A DNA stretch of 64,000 bases, taken from positions 63,273 through 127,272 of the forward strand of contig JARBTJ010000001.1 of the NCBI GenBank assembly GCA_029240245.1, read 5' to 3'. A program made the position numbers and the translations under genes. Under the pieces are notes generated by a model. The model did not search any database and was not told the origin of the DNA. It worked only from the letters and a program-made list of their open reading frames with translations. This DNA is from Herbinix sp. Its GTDB lineage: Bacteria > Bacillota > Clostridia > Lachnospirales > Lachnospiraceae. Positions 1-11,009 of the stretch are shown piece after piece; positions within the stretch are counted from its first letter, which is position 1; each line of letters opens with the position of its first letter.

Positions 1-998
1 AACTTCTGGTTATAGTTAATTTCATACTGAATCTGTTGTGTAGTTTTTTCAAAGTTCACCGGTTCAATCTCCGGTTTGTCCGTATCTGTCCTAGTGCAAT
101 TAAAGTAATGTTCCGGTCTTAAATCTCCATTCGCGAACTCATTTTTATTATAATCGAACTCTATCTTGTCTGCCGTCCGCAGTTCTTCATAAAGATCCTT
201 ACCCAGTATGATTTCACCAGTCTCGTAGATGAAATGTGCTTTATCCGGAGCTGGTTTGTAGGCATTCTCATCAGAAACCGATAGTTTTGTAATACCCGTA
301 ATGGGTGACTGCTCCACCGGCTCCTGACCCGCAATCGATTTGGAATAGCGGATGTTTTCAATCGGTGTATTGCTCAAATTATCATAGGACAATTGAATAC
401 GGTAGGTATCTGTCGAACTCGGCGCAGTATTAAAGGTCACTGCCGGATTATCAAAATCCTCCAACTCATAGCCTCCGGTAACTATACTGTCAATCTTAAT
501 CTGAGTACCCTTAATGCTTTCCGTAATTTTATAATTAAGGTTTTTCGTGTCTTCGGTAAATATTAAGGAGCTATCCGTTTTAAAGCCGGTGAATACATAT
601 CTTCCGGCATAATTCGTATTACCCTCCTGATATATCTGGTTTTTTAACTGTTCTAAATTCTGCACTACCGATTCCCGGTCCTCTGCAGTCAGAGTATCAG
701 TACTCCCCTGTATACAGTAGGTATTAATACCTTTTAATGCCTTGTTCACTGTTGAAAGAGCACTTTCCGTCACATCCATCCAGGACTTGGCATCCGGAAT
801 GTTCTTTTCGTAATATTGCTCTATCTCCGATAAATTTGTTCTCAGCTTCAGGGCACGCACGGTAATAATCGGATCATCCGACGGCCTTTGAATTTTTTTA
901 CCGGTCGAATATTGCTGCTCCAGCAAAGTCATATTGACCTTATTTTTATTGATGTTATTCATCATATTATTTGACATCATCTTGTTTGTAATTCTCAT
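1..998 (-). CDS. flgL: Flagellar hook-associated protein 3 FlgL (runs off the left edge of the window)
   Basis: Manual translation from ATG at 998: MRITNKMMSNNMMNNINKNK...TGKKIQRPSDDP, a flagellin-N-like start; directly downstream of flgK. Confidence 0.9.
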   Translation of the reverse strand, partial: MRITNKMMSNNMMNNINKNKVNMTLLEQQYSTGKKIQRPSDDPIITVRALKLRTNLSEIEQYYEKNIPDAKSWMDVTESALSTVNKALKGINTYCIQGSTDTLTAEDRESVVQNLEQLKNQIYQEGNTNYAGRYVFTGFKTDSSLIFTEDTKNLNYKITESIKGTQIKIDSIVTGGYELEDFDNPAVTFNTAPSSTDTYRIQLSYDNLSNTPIENIRYSKSIAGQEPVEQSPITGITKLSVSDENAYKPAPDKAHFIYETGEIILGKDLYEELRTADKIEFDYNKNEFANGDLRPEHYFNCTRTDTDKPEIEPVNFEKTTQQIQYEINYNQK

Positions 999-1073
999 CG
1001 TACCACCATGCCTTTCCGGAAGTGAGTATATTTTTATTGGCAGTTATGTATGTGCCGCGAATGACTTCCCTTT

Positions 1074-2930
1074 TTATGCGCCCATATAATTAATGAGCTT
1101 ATCATAAATTTCATCCATGACTGTTATTATTTTTGCCGACAGATTATAAGCATTTTGAAATCGAACCAGGTTCATTGCTTCTTCATCAATATCGACTCCC
1201 GAAACTGTCAGACGCTGGTTTTGGATTGCTTTTAAAATATTATCCTGACTATCTGCAAAATTTAATGCTTTTTTTGTATCTATACCGATTTCAGCAACCA
1301 TAGTTTGGAAATATCCATCCGGTGTTCCTTGTTTAAACAGAGACTTGTTGTCCTTTAGTGCAATTAGTTCATCAATAATATCATTATCTTCCGAACCGCT
1401 TGTGATATTTTTAGCTGCTGCCAAACGACCCGGATCGCTGATGAGTGCGCTGTTGATTGTAAAATTTTCGGCTGTCATAAAATAATAGGAACCATATAAA
1501 GGCTGGTTTGATGGTATTTCCTCATAAAAACCTCCGGTTTGTGAATTAAAGGAGGAAAAATCATAATATTCATAATCATCAGAATCCTTAAGTGGACCAA
1601 AGGTATAATCCCTGCCGTTTACCTTATTGGCAGCACTAAAGAAATCCATACCCGCATTACCCTTTAAATCGCTACCTGTTCGGTGAATATCATTAAATGC
1701 CTTTGCATAGGTTCTGATAAATTCATTCATCTGCCCCATGTAATACGGTATTCCTTTATAATTAATACTCTCCCCGATACTGGCTGTTGCGTTTTCCGCA
1801 TCCGTAATCAAGGGTTCCTCCAGTTCAAAGGTATAAATAAAATTTCCGCTTTCCTGGTCCTTCGTTACTTCAAAACCTGTATAGGAATATTCATGATTAC
1901 CAATGGTTATGCTTCCTACCTCGGGAATGTTCATTTTTTCGACACTATTGATATTGGTATCCGTGATGGAAACATAAGAATCACCGGCAACCGCATCTAC
2001 TGTACCGGTTAAATTAAAATTGTTATTACCATCCCTGACTTCATAAAGCGCTTGAAGGGCTCCACCCATGGATGCGCTATGAAGATCAAAGGTTTGTCCA
2101 TTTGACCATAAAACATCATAAAGACCGTCAATATCATTCTGGTTTGCTTTTTCAGCCCTTGGTACGGTCTTAAGATAATTATAGCTTCCGCCATCCACAA
2201 GGGTCTGCCCGTCTATTTTAATCGTGTAGCTAGTCACACCGATACCGGCTCCTACCTTTTTCTCATCCACGGATATATTAACAATTTCCGATAGTTCGTC
2301 CACCAATAGAGCTCTTTGATCACGAAGATCGTTTGCTGCTCCTGCATTTACCTCTAAGGTATTAATCTGCTTTGTGAGTGCAGCTATCTGTTGCGCCGTT
2401 GAATTCACCTGATCGACCTTATTGCGGATTTCAAAGTTACATTCTGCCTGCGTACTCTTTAAACTTTCAGATATGGTATTAAAATACTCCGTTAAGCTTT
2501 TACCGTAATTAACCACCTGTGTCCGCACCGTCAAACTGGCCGGATTTTTTGTTAGCTCTTGTAGACTGTCATACATTGAATTAAAGGTGGTTGTAAAACC
2601 TTTTACACTCACCTCATTGAAATAGTTTTCTATTTCATTCATATAATAGGCTTTGTTATTATACTCTCCAAACATTGTACTGTTCTTCCAGTATTTAATA
2701 TCATAATATTCATCACGGAGCTGAACTACTCCGGTAACGCTTACACCGGTTCCAGCCATACCATAAGTACTGTTAACCTGCAGTGCTCTGCCTGCCTGTT
2801 GGTTCATTACCTGTCTCGTATAGCCTTCCGTATCCGTATTGGTAATATTATGAGCAGTTACATCAAGGGCTGACTGATAGGCATACAACCCAGTTTGTCC
2901 AATATTTAGTCCGAAAAATGTTGATCCCAT
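1074..2930 (-). CDS. flgK: Flagellar hook-associated protein FlgK
   Basis: TAHNITNTDTEGYTRQ N-terminus, ANDLRDQR, C-terminal SGVDIDEEAMNLVRFQNAYN. Confidence 0.95.
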   Translation of the reverse strand: MGSTFFGLNIGQTGLYAYQSALDVTAHNITNTDTEGYTRQVMNQQAGRALQVNSTYGMAGTGVSVTGVVQLRDEYYDIKYWKNSTMFGEYNNKAYYMNEIENYFNEVSVKGFTTTFNSMYDSLQELTKNPASLTVRTQVVNYGKSLTEYFNTISESLKSTQAECNFEIRNKVDQVNSTAQQIAALTKQINTLEVNAGAANDLRDQRALLVDELSEIVNISVDEKKVGAGIGVTSYTIKIDGQTLVDGGSYNYLKTVPRAEKANQNDIDGLYDVLWSNGQTFDLHSASMGGALQALYEVRDGNNNFNLTGTVDAVAGDSYVSITDTNINSVEKMNIPEVGSITIGNHEYSYTGFEVTKDQESGNFIYTFELEEPLITDAENATASIGESINYKGIPYYMGQMNEFIRTYAKAFNDIHRTGSDLKGNAGMDFFSAANKVNGRDYTFGPLKDSDDYEYYDFSSFNSQTGGFYEEIPSNQPLYGSYYFMTAENFTINSALISDPGRLAAAKNITSGSEDNDIIDELIALKDNKSLFKQGTPDGYFQTMVAEIGIDTKKALNFADSQDNILKAIQNQRLTVSGVDIDEEAMNLVRFQNAYNLSAKIITVMDEIYDKLINYMGA

Positions 2931-3012
2931 AGTTTAGCACCTCTTTCGCTCAGAATAGTTCCTGTTGCGGGTTTTGTATCTCCGATTTCATTCTGTAAAC
3001 AAATCAATGTCA

Positions 3013-4746
3013 TTATGATAAATTCATAATAACATGCTCCAGCATTTCACTGATTACATTCACGTATCTTGCTGCCGCATTATATGCATGCTGGTATTTA
3101 ATTAAGTTGGTAAGCTCCTCATCCGAGGAAACACCGGTTACTGCAATTCTCTGATTATCAATGCTTTCTACCATGGAAGCCTGATTTGTACTGATGGTAT
3201 TTAACTGTTCACCACGGTTCGCTATTTCTGATATAAAGGCATTGTAATAATCATCAAAGTTATTGCGTGTTAAGGTGTTAGGGGATAACGTGGAAAATGG
3301 TTTCTGCCAATCTGTCAGCAGCTTTTCGGCTGCCTTAATATCAAAATCACCCGACCCCGTATTACTGGATAACGCAATTAAGGAGTAATTCTGTAATATT
3401 TTTTTATTTACTTCGATCTCTCCTACAGTAAATAATGAATAATTATCTTCGGGATTCTCCTCATTATATACTCTGGCGGTAATCGTCTCGCGCAGCCCCT
3501 GGGCATTAATTATTTCAATATCCTGTGGTTCACTATAACGAGGTGTGGACTTTCTGTCAAACAGTGCTTCCCCTGCTGTATGTTTCGGATCCATACCTAC
3601 CGGGGCATTTTCCTCATCCAGAATCTTGATTTTTGTGCCATCGGATAGAGTTACCTCTTTGTTAGGACTTAATATATTATTAATTGTCGACACAATTCCG
3701 TGAATTAACTGATCAAACTGCGCCTGTACCGTGGTAATTACGGATGCTTCGATTTTATTGTTATAGTCTCGAACAGCAAGGTTATAGGCTGCATCGGTTT
3801 CATACTGTTCCCTCAAAGGAATATCTGTATATTTAGCCTGCTTCTGGCCTCTTGACATTAATAGACCTTTTAGTGATCCAACATCGGTATTCTCAATAGA
3901 GGAGGGTATTCGATCCAGTTGAAATACATCCACATTGCCATGATGTGTCCAGACAGGTTTTAGCATTTCAGAGGTACTGTCGATTCTTACAGTATCAATA
4001 TGAAATACCGAATCTTCATTCACAAAGGGAACGCCCTCCAGATTTACATTAACTATACCGCTTGTATTTTCCTTATAGGTTATGGCTGCCATTCTGGATA
4101 ATTCATCCAAAAGTACATTCCGCTGGTCCCTTAAATCATTCGCTTTCTCCACACCGGTACTTTCATAATGTCTTATCTTTATGTTCAAATCCTTTATGTT
4201 ATCACCAATTTCATTGATACGCTTTACCTGATTAACAATCTGTGTATTTAAGTTAATCTGGTAATCCTTCAATTGGTTTGATATATTCTCTGCTCGTTCT
4301 GTAAAGGTGACTGCGGTCTGGATTAAGGATGCCCTCGCCACAATACTATCCGGTTCCTTCGCAAGCTCCTGCAGCGATATCCAAAATTCCTTTAAGGTAT
4401 TTTGAAAGGCTACACCCTCTAATTCACCGAACAGTCCTTCTGTCTCTTCCACCGCCAGATACTGTGCCTCATAAAAAGCCTGGCGGCCGACCTCCTCACG
4501 ATATGCCTGATCTAAAAAGGTGTCGCGGATCTGTTTTACGGTTGCAAAATCAGCTCCAAGACCCTTTTGAAATGTGGTCATATGGGAGCTGCCGGATTTT
4601 ATGTATTGAAAATCGGTGATAACCGCTTGCTGCCTGACAAAGCCCTTGGTATCTACATTGGCCAAATTATGGGAAGTAGTATTCAAAGCAGCCTGACTGA
4701 CATTCAGACCGGAAACACCTATATATAAACCACTTAGTGAACTCAT
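3013..4746 (-). CDS. flgK: Flagellar hook-associated protein FlgK (second paralog)
   Basis: SHNLANVDTKGFVRQ, ANDLRDQR, TGVSSDEELTNLIKYQHAYN. Confidence 0.93.
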   Translation of the reverse strand: MSSLSGLYIGVSGLNVSQAALNTTSHNLANVDTKGFVRQQAVITDFQYIKSGSSHMTTFQKGLGADFATVKQIRDTFLDQAYREEVGRQAFYEAQYLAVEETEGLFGELEGVAFQNTLKEFWISLQELAKEPDSIVARASLIQTAVTFTERAENISNQLKDYQINLNTQIVNQVKRINEIGDNIKDLNIKIRHYESTGVEKANDLRDQRNVLLDELSRMAAITYKENTSGIVNVNLEGVPFVNEDSVFHIDTVRIDSTSEMLKPVWTHHGNVDVFQLDRIPSSIENTDVGSLKGLLMSRGQKQAKYTDIPLREQYETDAAYNLAVRDYNNKIEASVITTVQAQFDQLIHGIVSTINNILSPNKEVTLSDGTKIKILDEENAPVGMDPKHTAGEALFDRKSTPRYSEPQDIEIINAQGLRETITARVYNEENPEDNYSLFTVGEIEVNKKILQNYSLIALSSNTGSGDFDIKAAEKLLTDWQKPFSTLSPNTLTRNNFDDYYNAFISEIANRGEQLNTISTNQASMVESIDNQRIAVTGVSSDEELTNLIKYQHAYNAAARYVNVISEMLEHVIMNLS

Positions 4747-4766
4747 GAAATCACCCGACCTTACTC

Positions 4767-5282
4767 TTACTGCTTTGCGTCGAACATCCCTGTCCTTTGC
4801 ATCTGTACATCATATCTCGATGCACTTTTTGTGTAAGTATTGTTCCCCGGCGACATCCTTGTGCTTTGAATAAAATTCATATTGAATTCTATCATTTCTA
4901 GGGATTCTTGTATTAACGATTTGTTACGATTATTAATATCAACTAATCTTTGAATAGTTCTTTTCAGATTATCATGTAAGACGGATAGAGCCTTCTGCTC
5001 GTTCGGCTGCTTCTCCAATAAATGTATCAAAGTTTTCAAATCCATTGGATCGTTCTTACGATTAATTACAGTTTTAATATTAGAAATTATCTCTTCTCTC
5101 TTATGCTCCAGAGTGTTGACCCGGTCAATCGCCGTTTGTTCCTTTTGTGTAATCAATTGAAGTGACGCCAGATCATTATTTACAATAATCTGGGTTTTTT
5201 CATTGGCAATCGGAATCAGCAGCTGATATATCTCATATTCTTTCTCTAAGGTGCTGATCAATTCATCAATTAAACTTGCCAC
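4767..5282 (-). CDS. flgN: Flagellar export chaperone FlgN
   Basis: Helical 171-aa protein between flgM and flgK with the typical INNRNKSLI segment. Confidence 0.85.
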   Translation of the reverse strand: MASLIDELISTLEKEYEIYQLLIPIANEKTQIIVNNDLASLQLITQKEQTAIDRVNTLEHKREEIISNIKTVINRKNDPMDLKTLIHLLEKQPNEQKALSVLHDNLKRTIQRLVDINNRNKSLIQESLEMIEFNMNFIQSTRMSPGNNTYTKSASRYDVQMQRTGMFDAKQ

Positions 5283-5312
5283 AGTCTCCCTCTTTCCTAT
5301 ACAGGCAGTCAG

Positions 5313-5591
5313 TTACGCCTTTTCATCAAAATAGCTTTCGATTAATTTATCAGCTACTTCTTCTGTGTTTATATTGTAAGTACCTGCCTCCATACGCTGT
5401 TTAATTTCATTTACACGATCCTGTCTGATATCCGGAGTACGTGAAACGATTTGACGAGCAACCTGGTAATCCTTACCTGTTTGTGAAATTTCAAGCATAT
5501 CACTAAAACTACTGCCTGTTGCTTTTGCAGTACTTTTTACCTTGCTTGTATTGTATAATTGACTTACTTTATTGAATGCATCGATGCGCAT
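5313..5591 (-). CDS. flgM: Anti-sigma-28 factor FlgM
   Basis: D.LEIS, PDIRQDRVNEIKQRMEAGTYNI...VADKL motif; ATG at 5591 preferred over 5606. Confidence 0.9.
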   Translation of the reverse strand: MRIDAFNKVSQLYNTSKVKSTAKATGSSFSDMLEISQTGKDYQVARQIVSRTPDIRQDRVNEIKQRMEAGTYNINTEEVADKLIESYFDEKA

Positions 5592-5799
5592 CCTATTCAC
5601 CACCATTCTAAATCTTAAACTAATGTTATGAAACTCTCTATAATATTTATCGGACGTTTTAGTATTTACATTATAGTATTTTAAAATATTCTATAAGATT
5701 TTATTTACAATAATCATCAGTATTCCTCTTAATCAGACGGAGTATAACAACCACCCGGCAAAATAATATATCGTAATATTTCTCAGCTACATATTACGC

Positions 5800-5841
5800 A
5801 AAAAGGGATGCCACAAAACGTTTCGTTTCGGACATCCCTTT
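5800..5841 (-). terminator. Intrinsic terminator after the S41 peptidase gene
   Basis: AAAAGGGATG...CATCCCTTT inverted repeat with a T-run on the minus strand. Confidence 0.7.
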
Positions 5842-5858
5842 CATTCGTATTAGAACAT

Positions 5859-7133
5859 TTATTTCATCTTTTCTTTGACAGCCTTAATGGCTTCCTGAAG
5901 CTGATTGTCTTTTTCAATCGGAATTGTTATCTCTTTTTTCAATTCGTCTAAAAGCTCCACCTCGACATCCGGATTTATTCCGGTTCCATGAATATTACGT
6001 CCCTTAGGCGTATAATATTTCGATATGGTCAATTTCACTGCTGTTCCATCTGACAAAGGTATTACCTTTTGCACGATACCTTTTCCGAAACTTGTTGTTC
6101 CGACCAGAGTTCCGATTTCGTAATCCTGCACCGCTCCGGCAAATATCTCAGAAGCACTTGCACTATTGCCATTAATGATTACCGATAAAGGAACATTCAG
6201 TTTCTTGTTATCAATCGCATTGTCTTCCTCGCGTGTACCGTACTTATCCTCTGTATATACGATCAAGCCCTTCGGCAGAAGACGATCGAGCATTTTAACT
6301 ACTGAATTTAATAGTCCGCCGGGATTATTCCTTAAATCAACTACGAGCCCCTTCATACCCGAAGCTTCCAAATCATCGACTGCTTTTATGAACTGAGAAA
6401 CTGTTATTTCATCAAATTCCGAAATAATAATGTACCCGATTTTGCCATCCAACATCTGATATTCAATCGTTGGCACTTCTATTTGCTGTCTTTTCACCGT
6501 AAATTCCAAGGGTTCTATTTTCCCTTCTCTCATGACGGTTATATGAACCTCAGTCCCTTCCACACCCTTCATACGACTTACCACTTCGGTCAAATCAGTG
6601 CCTGTAACTTCTTCGCTTTCCACCTTGTAAATAATGTCTCCGGGCAGTAATCCTACATTATAGGCAGGACCCTCTTTAAATGGCTTCACTATGGTTATGA
6701 TACCCGTTTTTACATCCTGACTGACATATGCACCGATACCACAGTATACCCCTGACGAACTCTCCATCAGTGCTTCATATTCCTCTGCCGTATAATAAGT
6801 GGAATAGGGATCTTCCAGAGTTCTTATTAACCCCTTATAAATGCCATCCGCAAATGCATTCTGATCCACTTCCTCCAAATAGTAATTATCAACCAGCATC
6901 TCCAGGAAAGCTAATTTATTAACAATATCATCAAATGGCTTTTCATCCTTTGTAGTGTTGTCATCCTCCTGTGTTTCCATCTGGCTGTCAATGTCATTAT
7001 CTGCCGCTTTACCGTCCACGTAAATATAGACAGCCCCGATAATCGTGAATAATAACAATGCTCCGCATAATCCCGAAAGTAATCCTGTCAAAAAATTATT
7101 CTTCATATCATCCTCCGATCTACCCGATGTCAC
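5859..7133 (-). CDS. S41A carboxy-terminal processing peptidase (CtpA/CtpB-like) with N-terminal membrane anchor and PDZ domain
   Basis: DPYSTY, GIGA, DLRNNPGG, SASASEI, SFGKGIVQ motifs. Confidence 0.93.
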   Translation of the reverse strand: MTSGRSEDDMKNNFLTGLLSGLCGALLLFTIIGAVYIYVDGKAADNDIDSQMETQEDDNTTKDEKPFDDIVNKLAFLEMLVDNYYLEEVDQNAFADGIYKGLIRTLEDPYSTYYTAEEYEALMESSSGVYCGIGAYVSQDVKTGIITIVKPFKEGPAYNVGLLPGDIIYKVESEEVTGTDLTEVVSRMKGVEGTEVHITVMREGKIEPLEFTVKRQQIEVPTIEYQMLDGKIGYIIISEFDEITVSQFIKAVDDLEASGMKGLVVDLRNNPGGLLNSVVKMLDRLLPKGLIVYTEDKYGTREEDNAIDNKKLNVPLSVIINGNSASASEIFAGAVQDYEIGTLVGTTSFGKGIVQKVIPLSDGTAVKLTISKYYTPKGRNIHGTGINPDVEVELLDELKKEITIPIEKDNQLQEAIKAVKEKMK

Positions 7134-7294
7134 ACCCCGTCTAATCAGCTATGCCTGTTATCGTGGTTTGATGGTGTTTGTGCAAATCCTATTGCATCTG
7201 TACAATTCTAAGGCTGTTGCTTAATAACCCTTATTCTATAGTCATTATGCAACAGCCACAGAATTCATGACAAATAAATTGGTAAACCAATTAA

Positions 7295-8383
7295 TTAATA
7301 ATCCAGTTGCTCCATATATTTCATGTATTTTACTACCATTAGGGCAATTTTAAAGGTAATGGCATCTTCAAATACACGAAGATCTAAATTAGTACTCTTT
7401 TGCAGTTTATCCAGTCTGTATACCAGGGTATTACGATGGATATATAGCTGTCTTGAAGTTTCGGATACATTTAAACTATTTTCGAAGAACTTATTAATGG
7501 TTGTTAATGTCTCTTCATCAAAGTCATCCGGTGATTTTCCATCAAATATCTCCTTGATAAACATCTTACACAGTGGCATCGGCAACTGATAAATCAAACG
7601 ACCTATTCCCAAGTTATTATATGCTACAACATTACGACCACTGTAAAAAATCTTACCGACATCAAGCGCCATCTTAGCTTCTTTATAGGATCTGGATACA
7701 TCCTTAATCTCATTGATAATGGTACCATATGCAACATGTACCTTAGTCATCGCTTCCGTATTTAGCATATCCAAAATTACCTTAGCGGTTTTATTTAAGT
7801 CCTCATAGGTTTCACTCTGCTTCACTTCTTTCACAAGAATAATATTTTTCTCATCCACAGCAGTAATAAAGTCCTTCGCTTTTCCTGCAAACAGGCTTCG
7901 TACAGTTTCTAGCGCATTGGCATCCTTCTCATTCTTTGTCTCAATGATATAGACAACACGTCTCGCCTCCGTATCGATATGAAGCTTCTTTGCACGGTTG
8001 TAAATGTCAACCAACAGCAGATTATCAAGAAGTAAATTCTTAATAAAATTATCCTTGTCGTATCTTTCCTTGTATGCCACCAGAAGATTTTGAATTTGGA
8101 AGGATGCAATCTTTCCAACCATAAATACATCCTCGCTGTCACCTCTTGCCAGAATCACATATTCCAACTGGTGCTCATCAAATACCTTAAAAAATTGATA
8201 ACCCTGAATTGCCTGACTATCAGCCGGTGAAGAAACAAATGCCAATACAGCATTTTCATATTGTTCCGCATTGTCTATCGTTGTGGCCAGAACCTTACCT
8301 TCTGTATCCATAACACAAATATCTATGCGGGTGATTCCTTTTAGTCCATCGATGGTACTTTGAAGAATTTGATTAGAAATCAT
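7295..8383 (-). CDS. PucR/CdaR-family transcriptional regulator
   Basis: C-terminal HTH NVSETSRQLYIHRNTLVYRLDK. Confidence 0.9.
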   Translation of the reverse strand: MISNQILQSTIDGLKGITRIDICVMDTEGKVLATTIDNAEQYENAVLAFVSSPADSQAIQGYQFFKVFDEHQLEYVILARGDSEDVFMVGKIASFQIQNLLVAYKERYDKDNFIKNLLLDNLLLVDIYNRAKKLHIDTEARRVVYIIETKNEKDANALETVRSLFAGKAKDFITAVDEKNIILVKEVKQSETYEDLNKTAKVILDMLNTEAMTKVHVAYGTIINEIKDVSRSYKEAKMALDVGKIFYSGRNVVAYNNLGIGRLIYQLPMPLCKMFIKEIFDGKSPDDFDEETLTTINKFFENSLNVSETSRQLYIHRNTLVYRLDKLQKSTNLDLRVFEDAITFKIALMVVKYMKYMEQLDY

Positions 8384-8652
8384 ATTTACACTTCCTTTTC
8401 TATATTATATTTCTATTTTTCCTTAAAATTCATATTTACGAAACTTATTTTAACACTGTTTTCGTCAGAAGTAAACTAAAAACATAAAATGTACACAAAT
8501 ATTTTCGTATAATTGTATCAAATTTTACATATGCAACATTAGTTTATTAATCATACTTATTACCCGATTCATGATAAAAGGCTTGCATTCCTTATAAATC
8601 AGGAGCTTTCTAGACCTGAATGGTAAGATCGTGTGCCCACTGGGCACACTAC

Positions 8653-8685
8653 AAAAAACCCACTGCAGAAAAGCAATGGGTTTTT
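8653..8685 (-). terminator. Intrinsic terminator after the sugar ABC ATPase gene
   Basis: AAAAAACCCA...TGGGTTTTT inverted repeat. Confidence 0.7.
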
Positions 8686-8704
8686 GAATTTATTAATTGA
8701 CTGA

Positions 8705-9820
8705 TTAGTTTGTGATAACCTGCTCAGTTTCTTTGTCAAATACATGCATCTTAGACATATCAAAAGCAATCTTTAAGGTGTCATCAGGTCTTGCTGTTGT
8801 ACGAGGATTAACACGTGCGGTAATCTCTAAGCTTTCATCAACAGTGAAGTATAAGAATACTTCTGCACCTAATAATTCGTAAACTCTTACAGTAGCTTCG
8901 ATAATGGCATCAGGAGCATTGCTGATGAACATTTCTTCATCATGAATATCTTCCGGACGAATACCAATTACAACAGTTTTATCAACATAGCCACCATCAA
9001 TTACCTTCTTAGCTTTTGCTTCAGGAAGCTTTAAGGTGAAGTTTGAGAAGTTAACAAATACGTCATTACCCTTCTTGGTACCAGTTGCATCTGTAAAGTT
9101 CATTTGAGGTGATCCCATGAAACCAGCTACGAATAAGTTCTGAGGTCTGTCATACAGGTTCTGAGGTGTATCAACCTGCTGGATAAAACCATCTTTCATA
9201 ACAACGATTCTGGTACCAAGAGTCATAGCCTCTGTCTGATCATGTGTTACATAGATAATTGTTGTCTGTAATCTCTGATGTAACTTTGAGATCTCGATAC
9301 GCATCTGTACTCTTAATTTAGCATCAAGGTTTGATAAAGGCTCATCCATAAGGAATACCTTAGGATTACGAACAATCGCACGACCCATAGCAACACGCTG
9401 TCTCTGACCACCGGACAAAGCCTTCGGTTTACGTTCTAATAAGTGTTCAATATCAAGAACTTTTGCTGCTTCGTGAACATATTTTTCAATCTGATCCTTG
9501 GGAACTTTTCTAAGCTTCAAACCAAATGCCATGTTATCATATACTGACATATGCGGATACAAAGCGTAGTTCTGGAATACCATCGCAATATCTCTATCCT
9601 TAGGCTCTACATCGTTTACTAACTTATCGTCGATCCATAATTCACCTTGAGAAATCTCCTCAAGTCCTGCGATCATACGAAGGGTTGTTGATTTACCGCA
9701 ACCAGAAGGCCCTACGAAGATGATAAATTCTCTATCTGCTATTTCAAGATTAAAATCTTTTACAGCGATAACTCCGTTAGGATATTGTTTGCTTATGTTC
9801 TTTAATGATAAACTTGCCAT
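8705..9820 (-). CDS. msmX: Multiple-sugar ABC transporter ATP-binding protein (MsmX/MalK/UgpC family)
   Basis: [45 protein letters not shown]. Confidence 0.9.
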   Translation of the reverse strand: MASLSLKNISKQYPNGVIAVKDFNLEIADREFIIFVGPSGCGKSTTLRMIAGLEEISQGELWIDDKLVNDVEPKDRDIAMVFQNYALYPHMSVYDNMAFGLKLRKVPKDQIEKYVHEAAKVLDIEHLLERKPKALSGGQRQRVAMGRAIVRNPKVFLMDEPLSNLDAKLRVQMRIEISKLHQRLQTTIIYVTHDQTEAMTLGTRIVVMKDGFIQQVDTPQNLYDRPQNLFVAGFMGSPQMNFTDATGTKKGNDVFVNFSNFTLKLPEAKAKKVIDGGYVDKTVVIGIRPEDIHDEEMFISNAPDAIIEATVRVYELLGAEVFLYFTVDESLEITARVNPRTTARPDDTLKIAFDMSKMHVFDKETEQVITN

Positions 9821-10007
9821 TTTATATCCTCCTAAATTCTCTACAATGCGTTACTCTTGTACTATTCATATAACTGTATGATACACTATTTCCTATTTTT
9901 GTACCATATCCCATTTTAACAAAATAGGTTTTGCCCTTTTGTATAATTTGTATACCCAAAATGAAAATAAGTACTTTTACCGATAATCCGAAGAAGATTT
10001 GATTTAA

Positions 10008-10892
10008 TTACTGTCTATATTCAATAAAACCTTCCCCCATAACCTCTCTGACATCACTAATTATAACAAATGATTTTGAATCTATTTTCTGAGCTATTTC
10101 TAATATTTTTATAATCTCTTTCTTCGATACCACGCAAAACAGCATTTTTCGATCTTTATTCGAGTACATTCCTGTTGCGTTAAGGCCGGTCACTCCACGG
10201 TCCAGAGTATGCAGAATTTCTTCCGCAATTCGACTGTACTCATCCGATATGATAAACGCCATTTTAGCAAACTTCAGGCCCTCCAGGATACCATCCGATA
10301 CCTTAGCCGTGATATATACTGCGATTATCGCATAAAGTGCGTTGCCAATACCAAATACCAATGCACCAATGACTATGATTGCTCCATCAACAAAGGTCAG
10401 TATCTGAGGTATGGATATGTGTCTCCTAAATTTCTGGATAATGATCGCCATAAGATCCGTACCACCGGTAGAAGAAGAAGCCGAAAAAATCATACCCAAA
10501 CCCACCCCTGCGATAACGCCACCAAAGATGGAAGCCAGCAGCATGTCATCAAATTTAAGATCAAATATGGGAATAATCATTAAAGAAGCTATATATACAG
10601 CGGTTCCTATAAATGCATTAATGATAAATTTTTTTCCTTTTATAAAAACTGCTGCCACAAACAAAGGAACATTGCAGATTAAGTTAAATAACCATATTGG
10701 AAAACCACCTTCAAGGAGAGGTTCCGTCAATTTTTTTACCACAATACCAAGTCCGGAGATGCCTCCCGTTACAAGACCCATCGGTTCAAACACTAAATTG
10801 ACCGATAGTGCCATCAAAATTGCTCCGACAAGTATAATGATATATTTTCTAAGTACTAATAATCTTTTATTAATTGTTTTTTTACCGGCCAT
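10008..10892 (-). CDS. YitT-family membrane protein
   Basis: GLVTGGISG, SSTGGTD, RGVT...GMYS, C-terminal DVREVMGEGF. Confidence 0.88.
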   Translation of the reverse strand: MAGKKTINKRLLVLRKYIIILVGAILMALSVNLVFEPMGLVTGGISGLGIVVKKLTEPLLEGGFPIWLFNLICNVPLFVAAVFIKGKKFIINAFIGTAVYIASLMIIPIFDLKFDDMLLASIFGGVIAGVGLGMIFSASSSTGGTDLMAIIIQKFRRHISIPQILTFVDGAIIVIGALVFGIGNALYAIIAVYITAKVSDGILEGLKFAKMAFIISDEYSRIAEEILHTLDRGVTGLNATGMYSNKDRKMLFCVVSKKEIIKILEIAQKIDSKSFVIISDVREVMGEGFIEYRQ

Positions 10893-11009
10893 ATGAGCTC
10901 CCTAAGCTTTTCCAATAGTTTAACAGAATTTTACTGCAATTTTATAGTATACATTACTTGAACGCTTTATTCATCTTATTCCTATGTTCTGCCTCAGTAC
11001 CCAAGCAAT

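Noticed and set aside
8631-8649. Perfect palindrome GTGTGCCCACTGGGCACAC
   Set aside because: Single short copy next to a terminator; nothing else in the window supports a function
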